Source: Octopus bimaculoides (lineage: Eukaryota). From it: a stretch of DNA of 53,375 bases. The position numbers and the translations under genes are program-made. Shown here piece by piece: positions 50,026 through 53,375 of this stretch (positions are counted from its first letter, which is position 1; each line of letters starts with the position of its first letter). The DNA lies in the NCBI RefSeq assembly GCF_001194135.2, contig NC_068982.1, positions 74,904,951 through 74,958,325 of the forward strand, in the 5' to 3' direction. Below the pieces are notes generated by a model. That model saw only the letters and a list, made by a program, of their open reading frames with translations. It did not search any database and was not told where the DNA came from.

Positions 50026-50235
50026 CACTTTTGCTACTATATTTCTGCTGAAATCGCTTTTAATTACTATTGAAAATAATAGAAAATTTAATAAAATACC
50101 AGAAGCATCATGCTAATGTTTGAAACATAAATGACCATGAAATTCTGTTGGAAGGTTTTAATTTCTATCACTTTAAAACAGGAAGTTTGTATCACAGAAT
50201 CAGGGGTGGTTTCAGGCAAGTTGGTATCAAAAGGG
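50026..50235. mobile_element. piggyBac-type MITE, family 2
   Basis: TTAA|CACTTTTG...TATCAAAAGGG|TTCA; inverted homolog of 18517-18735. Confidence 0.6.
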
Positions 50236-50652
50236 TTCATACGATGCACCATTTAATACAGAACCAGACAAGCATATCAGAGAAAGAAAATACTCTAAAT
50301 TCAACAGTGAAATATATCTGATATTATCCCAAATAAAACAGAAACCAAGGTGCTGATAGGGCTGCATGAAAGAGAAATTATTTACCATCTGTTAAATATA
50401 TGCCATGTCAATGATGGTAAGACGATCATGCTTACTCCTTATCTATGCTAAATAGGTGCAATGTTGACAACATTTAGTGATATTTCCTTTGTTTATATTG
50501 TTGCTTACACAGAAAGTAAACAATATTTTCTCTAAGCAACAAAATCACCATCTAATATCTCTATATTTTGCACAATTAGACAAGTCTTGGTTGTTTATTG
50601 CAAAATATTTCTATCTTACACAATGGACATTCACTTGGACAATAGCTTACCA

Positions 50653-50694
<42 letters not shown>

Positions 50695-50892
50695 ATGCGT
50701 GCCTGTCTGTATATCCTTGTCATACAAACAGTGTCATTAATTTCCAATGTTCTACTGAAACATCAGGCTACGGTGTAATATTACCTTACATGGAAATGTG
50801 AGAGTTGGCAATGGGAAGGGCATCCAGCTGCACAAGATCTAACTCAATAAACTCCATCCAGCCAATAAAAGTACAAGTTAGAATTTATATCT

Positions 50893-51290
50893 CTTTCTCT
50901 TTACTTGTTTCAGTCATTTGACTGCGGCCATGCTGGAGCACCACCTTTAGTCGAGAAAATCGACCCCAGGACTTATTCTTTGTAAGCCTAGTACTTATTC
51001 TATCGGTCTCTTTTTGCCGAACCGCTAAGTTACGGGGCCATAAACACACCAGCATCGGTTGTCAAGCGATGGTGTGGGGACAAACACAGAAACACACACA
51101 CATATATATATATATACATACATACATATATATATATATACGACAAGCTTCTTTCAGTTTCCGTCTACCAAATTCACTCACAAGGCTTTGGTTGGCCCAA
51201 GGCTATAGTAGAAGACACTTGCCCAAAGTGCCACGCAGTGGGACTGAACCCGGAACCATGTGGTTGGTAAGCAAGCTACTTACCACACAA
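50893..51290 (-). mobile_element. SINE family A copy (young)
   Basis: Near-identical to ~6190 and ~22511 in reverse complement. Confidence 0.88.
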
Positions 51291-51974
51291 AAAGGCTAGC
51301 TACTTGCCATGTCATTAATAAATCTCTACTGTACCTTATTGTTGTAATGCTTGGGGGAATATTAGTTTGGGCTGGGTGAAGGGGCATTGCCTATAGTCTT
51401 TGTAAACCTTCCATGACAGGTAGAATGATGCTGTTAATGTTTTGTTTGAATCATTACAAGATAATAATTGCAAAGAGAGATGACATTGTGGTGAGAAAGA
51501 ACTGAGCATAGCACTTAGTGCAGGGGTGTTGGGGTTGGACACAGTGTTAAGAAGGGGAATGAGTTGAGAGTAAGTGGAGGTAGCCACAAACTGGCCAGCT
51601 GTAACTGACAAAGGCCAATGTAGTAGCAGAAGAGAAAAGCAGAGAGAAGAGACTGTGTATGGGGAGAGGCTGAAACATGGATGTGAATGGTTTCATGCCA
51701 TTCAGTAAAATGGTTTTTCTCTGGATGTGGACTAGGACATATGCATGCATATATCAACAGTACTGAATACTCCAATGTGGGTCTCCACTGCGTTAATATT
51801 TAGTAGAGAGTGGAATAGTTTCAAACTCTAAAGAGAAAGACTATTCTCTTAAAAGCAATCTCTGCTCTGTGAAGGATGTGCATTTACCATGAGAAATCTT
51901 CAGAAATAAGACCTAACATTTTGAATGACCATACAGGCTCTAATTACATGCTGCTCATACAGTGTAAAGATTAT

Positions 51975-52350
51975 CTTTTATCTTTTACATGTTTCAGTCA
52001 TTGGACTGTGGCCATGCTGGGACACTGCCTTGAAGGGTTTAGTCAAATCAAGCTAAGCACTTTTTGCTTTTTTTAAAACCTAGTGCTTATTCTATTGGTC
52101 TCTTTTGCCAAACTAAGTTATGAGAACATAAACAAACCAACACCAGTTGGTAAGTTGTGATGGGGAGGACAAATACAAAGACACACACACATATGTACAA
52201 TGGGTTTCCACACTGTTTCCCTCTACCAAATTTACTCACAAGGAGTTGGTCAACCTGGGGCTATTGTAAAAGACAATTGCTCAAGTTGCCATGCAGTGAG
52301 ACTGAACCTGAAACCAAGTGGTTGCAAAGTAAGTTTCTTAACTGTACTGT
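51975..52350 (-). mobile_element. Diverged SINE family A copy
   Basis: Homology to family A. Confidence 0.7.
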
Positions 52351-53059
52351 CATGTCTGTGCTAAACCCCAGAGTGATGAAAGTCAGAAATAACCTAGGTA
52401 GGAAAGGCAGGACATTTGCATGAGGGTAACATTTGTTTACAACTATCATACAATGTCAAGGCAAGGAAGCAGCAATACAGACATTAACACGTGTGTGTGT
52501 GTGTGTGTGTGTGTGCATGCATGGTATATGTTGGGCCCCTAGGAATAAAGTTGAAAAAGTGTGTGACACACTGACATTCACATTTATTACATTAGATATG
52601 TTTAATATTGGGGAAACTTTATTTCAATTAAAGTGTATTTGAAGTGTGTGTGTATTAAAGAAAGCAAAAAATAAAACAAAGATGATAGTGTTCAGTATGT
52701 TGGCCACAGGAATTGCAGTCAAAGAGACATGGTTAAACAAAGTTGTACATCATCTCTCTCTCTCTCTCTCTCTCTCTTATTATTTATTACTCCCACTGCC
52801 ACCATCAACACTACTACTTTTAATAATGCATCATCAACTCTCCCTAAATTTCGTTGTCTCTCTTTCTTTCTCTCATTTTGTCTGTCTTTGCCACAGCCCT
52901 CATCGTTTCTATGCCTACTATTACTCTTACTCCATCATGAGGAATAGTAGGAGTGTCACTGAAGAGTGAGGGGGGGGGGGTTTAAAGTGTGACACACTGA
53001 CACACAAATTAGTTTTCACATTTATTATATTAGATATATATACATATATAAGTACATCT

Positions 53060-53375
53060 AAATGCGGGGCGTAACCAGCCCACTTATGAGTACCCCTCAT
53101 TCATCGGACAATAAACTTTGCTTGCGAAGACTTATTGAGGCAAGTGAAATCAAAATCAAATCAAATTCGCTGACGTGGCCGATGACAGTACAGCCTGATT
53201 GGCACTCGTGCCAGTGGCATGTGAAAAACAGTACTCAAGCATGGTCATTGCCAGTGCCACCGGACTGGCTCCCATGCAGGTAGCACGTAAAAAACACCTT
53301 TTGAGCATGGTCGTTGCCAGAACCATCTGACTGGCCCTCGTGTCAGCGGCACGTAAAAGCGCCCACTACACTCTC
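53060..53375 (+). mobile_element. RTE 3' UTR, running off the window end
   Basis: Homologous to 34150-34690, with the same GCCAGT/ACTGGC modules. Confidence 0.8.

Noticed and set aside
37679-53375. Search for the upstream C2 exon (...RVKV...KKDIFGAS)
   Set aside because: No match found by eye; probably beyond the window end or in the gap at 38212-38490, so no feature is called.

Overview
AT-rich, repeat-dense animal genomic DNA. The SINE/RTE families and microsatellite load look cephalopod (Octopus-like); this is an inference. The window is almost all intronic sequence of one minus-strand gene, a NEDD4/NEDD4L-family E3 ubiquitin ligase. Four C2-domain coding exons are recovered with canonical GT-AG sites and consistent phases (37594-37678, 5366-5419, 4038-4150, 552-663). 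The expected ~39-nt TLNP...FR exon could not be found and may lie in an N-gap; the upstream ...KKDIFGAS exon was not found either. The introns contain the 3' LTR of a Gypsy-like element, a solo LTR carrying YY1/NRF1/ETS-type motifs, a composite Helitron, decayed hAT, mariner and DD37D (maT) transposons, piggyBac- and Tigger-type MITEs, RTE 3' ends with structured tandem modules, many tRNA-derived SINEs, a ~345-bp foldback, and four assembly gaps. No prokaryotic-type system (CRISPR etc.) is present, and no novel system is established. The best leads are the TE-donated promoter candidate, candidate alternative NEDD4 exons, and intronic dsRNA-forming inverted repeats. SINE family letters A-D are my own working labels, and SINE boundaries are approximate.
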